From Chlorokybus atmophyticus (taxonomy: Eukaryota > Plantae > Mesostigma and Chlorokybus algae), in contig RHPI01002910.1 of assembly GCA_009103225.1 (NCBI GenBank), forward strand, positions 442,759 to 506,758: a stretch of DNA of 64,000 nt, read 5' to 3'. The notes under the pieces are model-generated. The model was not told where the DNA came from. It worked only from the letters and a program-made list of their open reading frames with translations, and did no database searches. Both the position numbers and the translations under genes were made by a program. How positions within the stretch are numbered: the stretch's first letter is position 1; every line of letters starts with the position of its first letter. Positions 49,801 to 63,961 of this stretch are shown here, in pieces.

Positions 49801-51437
49801 TGATGCCGTATCCATCTGAAGTACGCAGGCCCATCAGTGATGCCTTATGAAAAGCTTCAGCTGGTTACATCTACCAATGACGGATGGACTTCCATATGCC
49901 TGGAGCGCATACAGCAAGTCAATGGCAACTGACTGTACCGCAAAGTGTTGAGCTCCGCGCGCCATCACGTTCGGAGTCACCACGCGCGTCACTTGCTTGC
50001 CAAGGTTGCTGTCATATATACTTACTGTAACCTGGGTGAGACACACATGCTGTGGGTTAGCAGCGCTGCGGCATAGAGCAGAACATGCTAGGCAACATGC
50101 ACCTGTGGTTGCAGCTGCTTGGTTGAGCCGACTCGGTAAGAATCGAATGCGCTCGGGTCAAAACCCAAGACATGTGTGATCTGCGATGCAGAAAGAAGAA
50201 TGAGTCGCACATGCCATCCAACATTGCACAATGCAGGTGTCGTTGACAGCTGACGCTTGACTCACTTCATGCCGCAATGTCTTTAGGAGAAGGTTGTTTG
50301 CCGATGAGTCGCCAACATATTGCGGCCCAACATTGACTTGACCTGCAGAACGTACACAACAACCCAGAATGAGCCCCGACAACTCACTCGCACCAACAGG
50401 CTAACAGAGTGTGTTACAAGCGAACCTGCAACGGCGCGGCCCCACTGATCGCGCTCACAGCCGACAGCCCAAGCCAATGTGCTTCCAGTTGTCGGCCGAG
50501 CAGTAACAAACAGAACTAGATCGGCATTCGCAACGCCAGCTGGCCAACCCATGGTTGTGTCAGCAGCCACCAACATGCATGCATATCAAGCGAGTATGGC
50601 AAATACACTGATAAGAGGACATAGTCACTTACTGCTGGAGAATGAGCTCGGCACGTTCACACCACCATCCAACCCGCACGCACTATTGCTGCTCAGCTTA
50701 AGGTTGCCGGTGATGGGGTTGACTAGGAGCGTCCTCTCCCACCAAGTCACAACGGTACTCATTGCCTGTGTCAGCAAACAGTTATACATAAAGCAAAAGA
50801 CGTAAAGTGCTGCTGAAACTGATACTGCGGGTTTCCTGCATACAAGAGCGGACTGCACCTGCTGCAAAGCCGTCCTCTTCGCGCTGTTCATAACATCAGC
50901 AGCCAAACAGGTGTAATAGCAGTCCTGATACACCTGCTGGCTGTCTGAACAGACAGCCGATGGCGAGCTTGGGTTATCAACCTGCAGTACAACAAACATG
51001 AGTAAGGTATACATTTCGCGAACAATGCTTGAATGGCATGCTATCTACACGCGCTAAGTCATGTAGTGATGACGCAAGTCAACAATCAAAAGTGAAACAA
51101 AGTCTACCCAACATACCGCGACAACATCTCCGGCGTTCAAACAATCGCGGCCTGCCAGGGTCCCCAGCTGGTCATAATTTATGACAATTCGGAGTTGCGC
51201 CCATGTATTTGGATCGCTGCCTTGCTGCAAGCGCCGTCCGGTTGACAACACGCTCGTGTTGGAGCTCCAGCTGTCGCTATACTGCTGGTGCGCTACACTG
51301 TACAACGGTAGCCCGCGCTCGCGTCTTGTCTGTACAATGCGATCATGTATGCATGAATGCGAATGTGCATCCACGCAAGTCAATAACAATAGGGAGACGA
51401 GTACAAGGACGCCAGCCGCGTAGTCCTGCGCAGCCAT
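46828..51437 (-). CDS. LMLN: Leishmanolysin-like (peptidase M8) membrane metalloprotease with EGF-like repeats, TM helix and Pro/Tyr-rich tail
   Basis: Signal peptide followed by HSCIHD; [34 protein letters not shown]; spliced HEITHVLGF (HEXXH); VVTPNV; [16 protein letters not shown]; [10 protein letters not shown]; EGF-like [11 protein letters not shown]; [24 protein letters not shown]; many canonical introns. Confidence 0.93.
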
Positions 51438-52262
51438 ACGACGCATGCATAAGCTTCTTATACCCAGTCTGAGTGTGTGTGTGCAGTTATTCCTCTCCCC
51501 CCCCCCCCTCTTACCAGTGGAAACCAAAACAATAACCCTCCAAAACACACACGTGCACGCGCGCACACGAGGGGGGGTGGGGGGATAACTAGTTGGGCTA
51601 CGTGCAAGTCATACACACCACCAAGAGTGCAGCTCAAGCCTTGCGCGCATACGCATGCAGCTGTATGTGTGCTCACCATGAGATGAGGCAACCGTATATC
51701 GAGGCCAGTCGACCTCCAACACCGACCAAAAGTATAAACCACCACGTTTGGTGCAGGCCTAAGTACCTCACCTGCAAGGAGGGACATCACAGCGGGTCAA
51801 TAAACAAGTTCGCTCAGAGTAACACTCATGGCTTTGTTTTCACACCAGCAGCACGAATGATGTGGATAATATGGATGTGGATAATTACACGATGAGGCCG
51901 TCATACGCAGGCCAAAAAGGCTTGCATGCCGGAGCTGAAAACTACGTCAACCCGCTGTGGTCAATGCAACACTGTCTAACACAGCATGAACCACTAATGC
52001 ATTTTCCAAAGACAGCAAGACAGATTGCGGGTAATCTTGTGTATAATTGTACCACCTCGTCTTGTGTGTCACTAGGTCAAAGACCAGAGCTAGATCACAC
52101 CTTGTAGCTTACAGCTGATAGCTGACAGCTGGCAACCTAACAGGCGCAAGCTTCTCCACAGCAGCAGCGAATGTAAGGCAGGGGCTAGGAATCAAGGCGA
52201 CGGAGCTTCAACTTCCAGACGTATGTCCACAAATAAAAGCCCAACATGGATACCGGTGACCT

Positions 52263-52325
52263 CGCCGCCGCCGCCGCCGCCTCCACCACCACCGCCGCCG
52301 CCGCCGCCACCGCCGTCGCCGCCGC
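52263..52325. repeat. (CCG/CCA)n trinucleotide run (poly-Pro or poly-Gly if coding)
   Basis: About 20 CCN triplets between the leishmanolysin and TAPT1 starts; coding status unclear. Confidence 0.85.
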
Positions 52326-52906
52326 TTGGACTGCTGTGCGCTGAGTGTGTTACGTGCCGCTGTTTGACAGCGCCAACAGCAACATTCGACTTTAGGGTAC
52401 CACACTTGGACGCAATTAGGCGTCGGATGAAGCCAAGCAAATGCCACACCAAGTCGAGAAAGGTGACAGGCTTCGGCTACAAGCATGTGACCAGTTGAAT
52501 TACGACTGAGTGTCACTGACATGACTTATCACCCCTTCGACCAGTGATAGATAGCCACTTCGTCATCGGTGAAATAATCATGAACGCTGTCATTATTATG
52601 TCACGTTGTCTGCGCGGACCGATTGGGCACGTCGGTAGTCGGCGACCACATGAGAGGCGGTCGCCGACAGTCGAGTTGTGTACTGCCGACAGATCAGGTG
52701 TCGGCGCATAACCGGTTACAGTGTAAGGTTGTGGAACAGAATGCATAAGCTGGGTGATTGAGGCTGGCGGTGGCGGTGGTGGCGGAGGAGCAGGAAGAGG
52801 AGGAGGTGGAGGTGACCACAAGCAGGAGGGTACGGTGCCACATACCAACCAGACAACGATGCGGTTTGATACCTTGCCGGCATGGTGGTAGCCAAACCGG
52901 GCAAGC

Positions 52907-55900
52907 ATGGCGGTGGCCATGGGAAGGGTAAGGGCAGAGGAGGCAGAGGAGCGGCGGCGGCAGCTCATCGGTAAGTTGGCTTTGCAAAATTGTGTGCCAC
53001 TCAGTAATCTTGTACGCGATGCAGTGTTCATGCTTCACAGCACTGCCATGCATGTGTCTCGGTCCGTTGTTAACCGCTGCGCACTGGCACTGGGTTGACT
53101 GGCTGCCTTCACTGCTGATCACAGTAAGCAACCGAGAGTGCTTGCATTTGCTCCGACAACTTATAATGCTACGGTGAAATGGCTCGGAAAGTTTGTTGCA
53201 GATTGTGTATTGAAGCCTTGCAACTTCTTCTGTTATTGTAGTAAGAGAGAGTTGGGATATGCAAGCACGCATTGCAACAGAATGATGGCACGCACTGCTG
53301 TACAGTCAATAGCGCCATACAGCATTGACCTCACTGTGATTTGCAATGCAGTGACAGCGATAGCAGCGCTGGGCCGTCACAGCAACTTGCAGCACAAGCG
53401 CCTGAACAGCTGCCGCCGCTGCAGCGGCCAGTGCGATCGGCAGTCTCTTTCTCGGAGCATAGCTCCTTTGCTGCGATTGGCGCATCCTTAGCTGGCCTGG
53501 TTACAGCTACGAAGCCGTTGTCTGCACCAGCAGTCAAAGCCATGTCTAACGAAGCACAAGCCTTCAGTAAACTGGGCCGACCGACAGCATTACTGTTTCC
53601 AGCTCTTCCAGCTGTCGATAACAGCCATGTGGTACACCACGCATGGGTTGGGTGCATGCAAGCAACCACTGTTTGATGTTGCAGTTATGTAACACATGTG
53701 TTGTATATGTGGTCCAGAGCCCGACAGAGGTTTCTTCCTCCCTTGTAACGCCTCCTGCGAAGGGTAAACCACCAAGGCCGGGCCCCCTCATGCGTCAGAA
53801 TGGCACGCTGAGAGATGAAGTGGATCGCATCAATGAGCCGGTGTTTCCTTGTTCACCGAGGTCTCCAAGAGCAGTGCGTCCAGGTACCCTCCCATATCAA
53901 ACTATGGGCATCAACAACATGTGCAACACAAATTTCGGTATGTCGCTGAGGTTGTTGAGGTTTTGCATTGTTGTGGTAAGGAAGCATCCATTACGCTGCA
54001 GAAAGACCACTGCCAGAGCCTGTTTCGTGGCGAGATTACATCGGCAAAGAGCTTACCAGTGGCACGCTGACGCATGTTGAACAACGACCCCGCGGTCCAT
54101 CTGCACGCCATCGGGTGTACAACACCATTCTCCATGTGCCCAGACGTGTTGAACAGGTTTTAACTTCAACCTTCCACCTTACAACTGTCACCTCTTAATG
54201 TCTACCTTCGGCTTGCTAGCTGATTCTGTGAGGCCTGCTGACATGTGACATGTGGCTACACAGTTTCTGCTGATGGCCGCGATGCTCAATTACGACGCTT
54301 GTACAGCCTTGTTTACCATTTTGCCCATCAAAGTTTGCCTTCACCTTTTCCAACTGCCTTCACAGATATTGTACGCAACCTTTGCTCTTTGCTCGGTGGT
54401 GCTGACAGATGCCTTGAGCTTATCTGAGTGCTGACAGATCACGCAAGCGCCCGAGTGCGGATCAGATCAGTGACTTGCTATGCTTCTTCATTGTTGTCTT
54501 CGTTTCCATATCTCTGCAACGCCTTGGTATGACATTTGCTTGCTGCAATAGTTAACTGCGCGTATGTTCTATTACATCTGTATATCACACTGTAGCAGCT
54601 GCGTCCTTATTTTACTTTTGTTTAATGACAGAGATTAGTTTTCTCTACCATTGGATCAAAGGCCAAGAGTATATAAAGCTGTACGTCATTTACAACATGT
54701 TTGAGGTGGGTGTTCTTCATGATAAGTGCAAGTGGCATGAAGGATGTACAAGCTGTGGATATATTCCATGGTTAACCTGGCTTTTGTGGCATGGCAGATA
54801 GTGGACAAGCTGTGCTGCTCCTTCAACACGGCTGTCCTCGAGGCCATGCTCATCAGTGCCTCCAACGCAGCATCCCCTTACCTAACGTCAGCAACAGATG
54901 CATCCATAAAGCTTGCGCTGGATTCTGCTGTGGCAACAGCGGCAGTCTTTATCCACTCAACAACCATTCTAATGCAGGTGTGCGACTGGCGCTTTGCAGA
55001 TGGTAGTCATCAACAAGATCTGATGAAACCCAGCAACATGTGTTTTGCAGGCTATAACCCTCAACGTCGCCATCAACAGCCACAGCAACGCTCTGCTGAC
55101 TGTGCTGATCAGCAACAACTTTGTTGAAATCAAGGGCAATGTATTTAAGAAGATGTCGCGCGAGAACCTGCACAAAGTTGCTTGCATGGATGCCGTGGAG
55201 CGCTTCCACTTGAGCGTCTGCCTCTTGTTTGTTCTCGTGCAAAACATATTGAGGTATGCATTAGTGCTGGTGCGTTGTGCGTAGTTTGCTGCTGTTGCAC
55301 GTCCATTCTTATAAGAATGCATGCGTGGATGGTGACTGCCTTGTGGATTGTGGTTTACAATTTGTTTTCTGAAGCTGGTTCCTTTTGGTGGTTTCAGCGT
55401 TGCACCAGGCGATCTAACGACGTGGGGTGAGACAATACCATGGGTGTTGCAGCTATGTGGCAATGCTTGCCTGGTCATCGGTGCAGAAGTGCTGGTGGAC
55501 ATTGTCAAGCACGCTTTCCTCGCCAACTTCAATGACATTGAGCCGGGCACGTACAGCGAGTACCTGCAGGAGCTTTGTTACCGGGTTGCAACCTCGCAGT
55601 CACATCATGTTCACCGGACTCTCAACTTTGTGCCTTTGGCACCTGCGTGTGTGGTAAACAGCGGCTTTGCCTCAACCCATCGCTATTCCCAAGGCCTTAC
55701 TACGACTGAAGCTAACTGCTTTTGTGTGCAGGTTATTCGGATACTGATGCGTTTGTTCAGGGCAGTGAAGTGGAAAAAGTCCTCCCTTTTCCAAAACTGC
55801 CTGTATGTGTCCACTTGGCTTGCAGGATGGCTATTGCTATTCTGTAGTAAGCTAGTGGTGGGCTTTTTACTGCAGCTGTACGCAAGGGCGTATTTGAGAC

Positions 55901-55935
55901 GGCATCAGACATCAGAGAAAGCACATCATCTGTAG
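52907..55935 (+). CDS. TAPT1: TAPT1 / POD1 / EMP65 (DUF747) ER membrane protein
   Basis: RVYNTILHVPRRVEQ; LSINVAINSHSNALLTVLISNNFVEIKGNVFKKMSRENLHKVACMDAVERFHL; AEVLVDIVKHAFLANFNDI; LNFVPLAPACV. Start at 52907 (first exon ends at gtaagt) is tentative. Confidence 0.88.
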
Positions 55936-58087
55936 CATCTATAAAGTCAGCATTCCAAAGGCATGCAAACCGTGCTCTGTACATTGTCGTGCTCATCTCG
56001 AGCACTTAGCGTAGTCAGTACATTTGCATGTTATGAAATACATTCTATGTGATGCAAACTTATTGTGATTGGTTTGTAAAGGTAACTTGTCGCGATGGGT
56101 TTGTTTTGTCCTTATGCTTAGTGCTTTGGACTTTTGTACACATCAGGATCTTTGTATGCATTGGATTGGTTCCTCTTCTATGCTGGCAGACGGATAGGCT
56201 AGTTGCATCATGCGGCATATGTGCATTTATGGGCTGTGCCACACATGCTCAATCATGCAATGCCACGCCCAAAGCAAGCCAAGCAAGCAAACACACCAAT
56301 AATTAGCTATATACATTAGAGGGTTGGTTAGGGGCCTGACTCAACCAATGCCACTAAGTGCAAGCAGCGGCATTAGCGAGGGTGGACTGAATGACGAGGG
56401 AAACGACACAGCAGGTGCACACGCAGTAGACATTGGCACTACCTGCATGCTTGTCAGTTGTTGTATGCCAATTTACGCGGATAACATAGTACCTTGAATA
56501 AGGTCATTCGAGAAGAAAATTGCAGATTCTATAAATGTACACATGTTTGTGAGTGGTTGTTGTGCATGGCATGTTCACATAGATTTGCATGTGGTTTGTC
56601 CTGGTGTTGTTTTGGAGTGTGGAAGTCTAGGTTGTAAGCTTTGCTTGGGCCCCCCGCCAAATTGATTGTTGCTTGCCTGTTGTGCTTGTCTTGTAATTGC
56701 TTGCTACATCATATGTGCACGCACATTTACCCATCAAGTGTACATGATATGCGCAATGTTGTCATGAACGGACATCACCCGGAGCATACCAACCAACTGT
56801 CAAGCACACTCGAACACCACCATCGGGCTATATACACCGCTAGTGCTTTGCGCATTTCGAATGTTTGCTATGTGTGAGTTCCTTGCGTCTTGTACTCCAC
56901 TGTATGCATATATTATGCATCAATTTGCATATCATGTACAGATCATGCAATGCAAGCATAATGTGCCAGCAACAACAGCGGGCGCAGCAAGCAAAGGCAG
57001 GTAAAGCACAAAGAGTTAACCCCCAAAAGCCATATGCTGTAACTTCACTACGTATTGTTTGTGTATGCAGCGCTGTGTGATAAGACAGCATGGACTGTGT
57101 GACTGACCCAATGAGCATACAGAATGCATTGTGGGCAATTATTAATGTTATATACTTGAATATTTATAGTATTGATGTATAAAAGTTATAAACTACGTGT
57201 TTTGTGCAGGTCATGTTTTAACAATGAGATACGTGGTATTTGTTACCTATGATTAGTAATAACTTGCAATATTAAAAACACATGTACATGTCAACTATGC
57301 AAATGTAAATATCAATTACACTTGGACAACCATTGTATTATGCACACATCATTTGCAACCTAAAGCCGTTATCATCAAGACCATGGCAATGTGCTTTGCC
57401 TTTAATTTAGCACTTATACACATGCATTCCAATGTCGCAAATGCAACAGTTTATATACACATGCATCGCACCCAACCGCAAGGCAAAGCACTCAGCAATT
57501 CGTTACATGTCGGTATTGAACGTCTATATATAATAATTACGTAGTTGCGCAATTTCGTGAGAGTTTGCAATAATGTATGCATCTTGTGCTATCAACAAGA
57601 TGCATGGCAAATGTAAAAGAATGGAGAGAATAAAAAGAGGTTTTCAGCAAAGACACTTATGTACCAACGTTTGTATAACATGCAGCCTTACTTGGAACAT
57701 TGCATTGATTGATTATGAGTTGACGTTGATTGCTATAAGCATTGGCTTTCAGGCCTTCTTGCATCTTGCAATTGGGCACAGCCAGGAAAGGGGGAATGTT
57801 GCTTTTGATCTCCGTGAACGTGCACTACAGTTGCTCAATGCTTATAACACCCGAGATCCTCACTCTCACATCGCGGGAGACGCGTGCACGTCGCGACACG
57901 CATAGCACGTGCATCTGGAAAGATGTCGAAGACGACAACGCCAACGACGATGGCTGCAGCCTGCAGCCCAGCATAGCACGGCCGCAGACCCGGCTCCGTG
58001 ATTGACCGATGCATCAAACCCACAACCCCAATCATCCCATCCCACCGCTTCCCAACCAATTGACCGCATTGACGCCAGCCTTCATCC

Positions 58088-58283
58088 GATTCACTTACTT
58101 GAATCACAGGTTGTGAATCACAGGTTGTCACGCACTGGAACCAAGTGAATCATCACATGCCCGTTTCTCTGTGTCTGACCGTCGCTCTTCCGCTTCCTTC
58201 TCTTTCGCGCCTGCGTCGCCCCGAATCTTCCCTGCCAGACATACGTGGCCAACCGCCTGCGAATCAGTGCAGAAACTGGAATC
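58088..58283. promoter_or_regulatory. Dense GAATC/GATTC cluster upstream of the NIGT1/HHO gene
   Basis: Motif at 58088, 58101, 58115, 58147, 58223, 58261 and 58279 (7 in 196 bp), including the direct repeat gaatcacaggttgt x2; four more at 58450, 58639, 58659 and 58789. Confidence 0.6.
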
Positions 58284-58806
58284 TCTCTCGCAACCGTCAG
58301 CCTAACCGCTCACAGTGAACTGCCGACCGGCATTTTGCTCGATGTCATTGTATTTTGCTTGTAGAAGCGGCGGGAAGGTAGGTGGATATCTGTATTGTTT
58401 CCAGTCAGCGAACTGAGGCTGTCAGCCAACGTGAAGGTGCAGCACGGAGGATTCCCCCGCGGCTTCTCGTCGCGCGGTGCGAGGTCGCCCGCTTGGTCAG
58501 CGCCCGGGCACCGCGAGGGGGCCCATGTAAAACGCGTTAGTTTATTCAAAGGCAAACAAGCAAGGCAGGCTGAGCTTGGCCCCCCAAAGCTGATAACATA
58601 GCTGATAAGACGTGAGCGCGAATTGTTGCGTTTTCAAGGATTCCCCGATATTCCCTCAGAATCCTGCTTGACAGACAAGTGTGGAACCTATTGACTGTGT
58701 GACAGGTCAAGCGACCGGTTGGGCGCTGATGGAAAGCACCGGTCGCACCAACTGCGGCTGCCAGCTCCAAGACCGACCGTGCCGGCCGGAATCCTTGGCC
58801 TGGTCT

Positions 58807-61750
58807 ATGGCGCAGGCAGCGGCGGCGGCAGCGGTGGTGGGGGAGGCGGCGGCGGTGTCATTGTCGTTGAGCTGCGTGCTGGGGACGCCTGGATCTGCTG
58901 TGGGAAGTAGCGCGTCGCTGGTTGTACGTAGCGTGCTGGAGAGGTGGACCGTTGGTTACCGCCTTGCTGCGGTGCGTGGCTGGATCAACTTGCCCTTAGC
59001 TAAGCCTGCGTGGGTTTGTTGTCGTAGGATCAGCTGGCGGACTGCTGTTTTGCATGGGTGATGCATAAGCTTGCAGCGTCTGTGCTTCAATGTACATGCT
59101 GCTTGTTGGAAAGCTGGCCACTCTGCTGCGGCACTGGTTTGCTTGTGTGTGCGTATGAGCAGAGTTTGCCACGGCGCCCGCTTCAGTATCTATGCCTGAA
59201 AGCGCTTCCCGTTGCTAGCATGCAGGGAGTTTTTTGATCAGCTGAGACACGTAGACGGCGGAGTGGCTGTGGAGCATGCGAAGCGTAGCATATGGTGCTG
59301 AAGCCTCGAGCACAACCAGCACAAGCAACTTCTCCCACGGCACTATTCTAGAGTATAGTCATAGACTTAGGTTGGGCAGCTATTGCCGCAGCTTTTGGTA
59401 TGGGGTAGTGAGCACCTGTTGTGGAAGTGCGGATGTTGGGTTCCTGGGCGGAGCGGTTGTTCTATTCTGCGAGTGTTCGTGCTGCACAAGGGGCAGGAGC
59501 AGGAGCTGGAGCTGGGGACGGAGGAGGAGGAGGTGGTGGTAGTGCAGGAGGGCATGACCATGCAGGAGGTGGGCCGGTTTCCCGAACACCCCCACCTCCA
59601 TTGACGCCCGCCGAATTGGAGCAGTACCTCACTGCCCTTACAGCGGAGCGCAGCAAAGTTGAGGTCTTCAAGCGGGAGTTGCCCTGCTGCACACAGTTGC
59701 TTGATGGAGGTAGGCCCTTAAGCTGCATGCATAGTGTCCGGTCCATGCTGGTGCTAGCATACAGCACCCATGTGCATAAGACCAGCATCATGCGGCTATT
59801 TGTGTAGGGTCGTTGCTATGTGCTGATGCTGCGGCCAGCATTGTCTGTCTACCACATCTCTCGCTGCTATGTTCCGGCTTGATATGCTCATGGTATTGTC
59901 GAATGTTGACCATCATCCGGCTTGAGATGCTCATGGCATTGTTGAATGTTGACCATCAATACGGTCAGCTGGAGCACTGCTTACGTTTGCTGCTGCTCTA
60001 GCCCTAAGTTGGCATGTGTGCTTTGCGGCATCTTGGGTGTGCGTGGAATGCTTCCACAAAGTTGCATGGCTGGTCGGCACGTTGTTGCCTTTTCTGTAGT
60101 GGTTTGTTGCTTGATGCCACGCCAATATACGTCTTATGTTGTGCAGCCATTGCTTACATCCAAACAGTTGTTGCGAGTCAGCCACAGCAGGCTGAGGCGC
60201 CAAGCACTCAGGAGGCTGATGCCGATCAGCCATCATCATCAACCCCGTCTGTAGAGACAACATCGCCACCAGTAGCTCCCCTTCCCCCACCTCCCTTGTT
60301 TTCACCTCCCTGGCCGCACCTGCCATGGCCAGGAGCACAGCCATGGGCACCAAATGCACAGATGTGGGGAGCCAGCAAGGATGGTATGGCGATTGCAAAA
60401 GGACAGCAGGTACCCTTCTCGGCACCGGTGGCGATACCAGCGGTGGCGATGAAGACAGAACAAACCTCACCTGTGCATGTCTCTCAATCGTACTCCCCTC
60501 CACGGATGCCATCCCCTGTACATGCCTCTCCACCTGTTGTAGTGCCGCAGCCGCATCGCCCTGCCGTGGTTTTGGCTTCTCACGGCGGTGCCTTCACGCC
60601 TTTTCTCCCAGCACGCGAGCCTGATCCCAACAGGTCTCCACCACGGTCGCAGTCACAAGAGCACGCCAGCACCTCTCGGCCATCAGCAGAGGCGTGTCGC
60701 ACAAGCCATTCGAAAGAAACTCGCTCCGATTCGGATGGTGACAAGGGTGCACCTCGCAAAGCACGGCGCTGCTGGAATACAGAGCTTCACAGGCGCTTTG
60801 TCGATGCACTTGAACAGTTGGGCGGCTGCCATAGTAAGTGTCAACGTCATAACATAGCAATGCTGGCATGCATGCGACCAAAATACAGCGCACTGACCAT
60901 GTGTCAATGGCAGCGGCAACACCAAAGCAGATACGGGAGTTGATGCTTGTGCCTGGCCTCACAAATGATGAAGTGAAGAGTCACTTACAGGTATGCAATG
61001 CCATCCAAGGAGCTGCTTGCATGGCATTGAGCAGAAGTAAAGCCCCATTGTCCAATGCAGAAATACCGACTGCACTTGCGGCGGCCGCAGTCTTCTCCTC
61101 AGCCACGCGGACCACCTGAGCCTTGGCAAATGCCTTCTGGTGCCATGCCTCCGATGATGCACCCTGGCATGCTGCCGGGGATGATCCCCGCAATGACAGC
61201 GCACATGCAGGACCCGCAGAGCTACCAGGCTGCCGTAGAGGCATGGTATGCTGCCATGGCTGTCAGGTCTGCTTACCACAACATGCACCCGCACTCTGGC
61301 AACTCGCAGTACCTGAAGCTTTTTATGTGCACACGTCGTTGTTCTTAGTGTTGTGCATGAGGACTCGCATGTAGCAGCATGTTGCTCGGCAGGTGTTTGC
61401 ATGCATAGTAGGAACGATGTTGATGCAAGCGCAGTATGAGTGCTTAAACGTTGCTGTCATTGAACGTGACCACCGATAACCACCACCAACAACAAATCTG
61501 TCCTCTTAACAGGCACGATCCTAGTGGTGTCACAACTCTATCGCTTGGCAGAGGGCAAGCGCCTCCCCAGCCAACATCCTCCGCGCCTCTGATGCAAGAA
61601 ACCAACCCCGAGTACTCCGGTGACGCTTCCGCTCAAGCTGCGGCGCCAGCAAGCGCACCTGGCGCGCCCTGGCCAACCCCTTCTGGTTCCCACCCGATGG
61701 ATGGATCCACAAGCGGCAGTTCAATGTCTGATGCTGCGGGATCCGGCTGA
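58807..61750 (+). CDS. HHO: GARP/G2-like MYB transcription factor of the NIGT1/HRS1/HHO subfamily
   Basis: N-terminal coiled coil [29 protein letters not shown]; spliced [57 protein letters not shown]; last exon ends ...DAAGSG* at 61750. Start codon ([23 protein letters not shown]) is tentative. Confidence 0.9.
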
Positions 61751-62685
61751 TACTTATCACGCAAGGACAGCAGCGTCAACATCTCAACCTAGTTAGCAGT
61801 CAATGGTGGCTACGACCAGGTACTCGTCGTCGCTCCACAAACTGTATGTTTCAACTTATTGGCTTGTTTAGCTGATCTTGAGTGGTGCGGTTTCTGCAGG
61901 TATGACTACAGTCGCCAAGGGAACGGAAGCAGGTATTTAAGAACACAGGCATGACAAGGCAGGCACCGCGGTGGAGCTTTCAACTCGTGAACTCCAGGGT
62001 GTCGTATGCACAAATAAGTGTAGATTCACACGGATATGATGAACTGCCATAATGATACAACAGCAACAGTGGCCAGCATATCCAACACATAAGCCCGTGT
62101 AGCCGTAGAGCAGCTACATCAGCAGCACACAGCGATATTGCTACTGGTCAGAGCAGTGATAAGCTCTACAGTACAGCTTAAAGTACTCAATGTGATGCAT
62201 GCTAGTATGCATGTTGCCTGCTGCTTTGCATACTGCTTGCCTGTGCATGTCAAGTTGCTTTTGCAAGCTTTGACGGGGGCGGTGCCAGCACTGCAGCATT
62301 GGTGCCCGGTCACCTGGCCATAAATGCTGATGTACCATGATTGGTTGGACCTGCCTTTTACCCTCTAGTAACTAAACTTCACCTCTCCCGATGGCCGAGT
62401 ATTACCGCAGCTTTCCAATGGCCGATGCAGCAGCGCACTCAGACGACAGAATCATATTGCATATTTTTGCCTTCTGCGTGCTGCACATTAAATATATCTG
62501 GCTATACTGCCCTCCCAATCAATCTTTTGTTCAGTTGAGTTGTTTAAGCATCCATGGTTGTTTAAAGTCCATGGTGTGTGCTGTCCTTGTCTAGGCGTTC
62601 ACTGTATACCCTGTTTGCAACGCGCAAAAAAACTCACAAGCAGCAACAGGGACTGGTGGCAATCATATGCATCGCGTATGCGATG

Positions 62686-63961
62686 TCAAGAAGAAAAGCG
62701 GCTTGCGAGCTGCCCGGTCAAAGCCTTCACTTGCTTAAGCTGCTGCGAGGTGACCTCAAAGTCCTTCACCAGGAAGTAGTCTGGCATGCCTGCATTGTCA
62801 GAACAGAGTCACAAGCATACATGGACACAGGCATATACACACAACGACAATCTGATGCAATTGCATGCGTGTCCACAGCGATAGCGTGTACACTACCTTC
62901 CGACGTGTTTATCTGGATGCCACCGAGTAACGCAATGGGACCACTGAAATCCGAAGCACGGATTATGTCCAGCAGTTCCTACAACACCACATGAGAGGCT
63001 TGTCAACATTACCAACGAGTGCGAGTATACACCAATATGTGAAGTGTACAACATATGTGTCAATGATCATGCTACTTCCCACCCCTGACCTGTCGTATCT
63101 TCTCGTACACCACGTACGGCAGCTCCGCCATCGGGCTGTCCACCTCCTTCAGCCTTGGCAGGCTGCTCTTGACGGTCTCATACACCACTCTGACAAAACA
63201 TTAACAAACCCACGAGTTGAACGCCCATCACACCTCGAGTACACGCTACCTTCACATCACACACTGTGAACACAATGGACGCAAACTGTCTGGCAAAATA
63301 GTGGCCCCAATAATGTTGTGAGCAGACTCATCACACACGCATAACATCTCCTCTCCTCGCTCTCCTCACTCCACCCCTTTTCTCACACCCTCCTAGGTAC
63401 CCTCTATTCACGTTTTTGGATGAAGCGCATGTGCGCGCATGCAGGCACTTGAACATGGAGAAACAGCGCAAGCACGCGCGCGTATGTGGTGTGTGTGTGT
63501 GGAGCCTGCACATGCGCGCGCGTGCGCGCGTGCGCGTAAGCGCACATGCGCGTGTGTGGTGAAGTGTGTGCACCGCGCACTCGTGCTCTCACATGCACAC
63601 TCGTGCCCGTACACACGCGTGCGCGCGCATGTGTCTACGTACACAACAACAAGCACACAACACCAACAACAGAACGCCCAAAGCCACTCACTTCTGTTGG
63701 TAGTCCCCCTCGCCCTCAAACCCCTTCCCCGCAACGCAGCTCCCGTACGCCGCGATGGCCGACCCGCACGCCGCACTCACTCCACTCTGCCCGTGCCTTA
63801 GCAACTTCCCGACACGGCCATCTCTATCAATCCCGACGTGCGGCGAGTACAACACAAGCAATCTCCCGTCGTCGCAGGCGTGGTGAGAGAACGCGCCGAA
63901 ACCGGTGCGGCCGACGAAGGGGAGGCCGGTCAAACCGCCGAGAGAGAAGTTCTCGTGCAAC
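62686..63961 (-). CDS. LCIB: LCIB/LCIC-family (theta-type carbonic anhydrase-like) CCM protein; 5-prime part lies outside the window
   Basis: FSLGGLTGLPFVGRTGFGAFSHH; YSPHVG; RHGQ...AACG; DYQQ; SPMAELPYVVYEKI; LLGGIQINT; DYF; four exons with canonical splice sites; stop at 62686. Confidence 0.9.
63430..63635. repeat. Alternating purine-pyrimidine (CG/TG/CA)n tract in the LCIB intron
   Basis: For example gcacatgcgcgcgcgtgcgcgcgtgcgcgtaagcgcacatgcgcgtgtgtg. Confidence 0.8.

Noticed and set aside
52513-53031. Minus-strand poly-Pro ORF overlapping the TAPT1 start
   Set aside because: Low complexity, no splice or homology support; probably a shadow of GC-rich leader sequence
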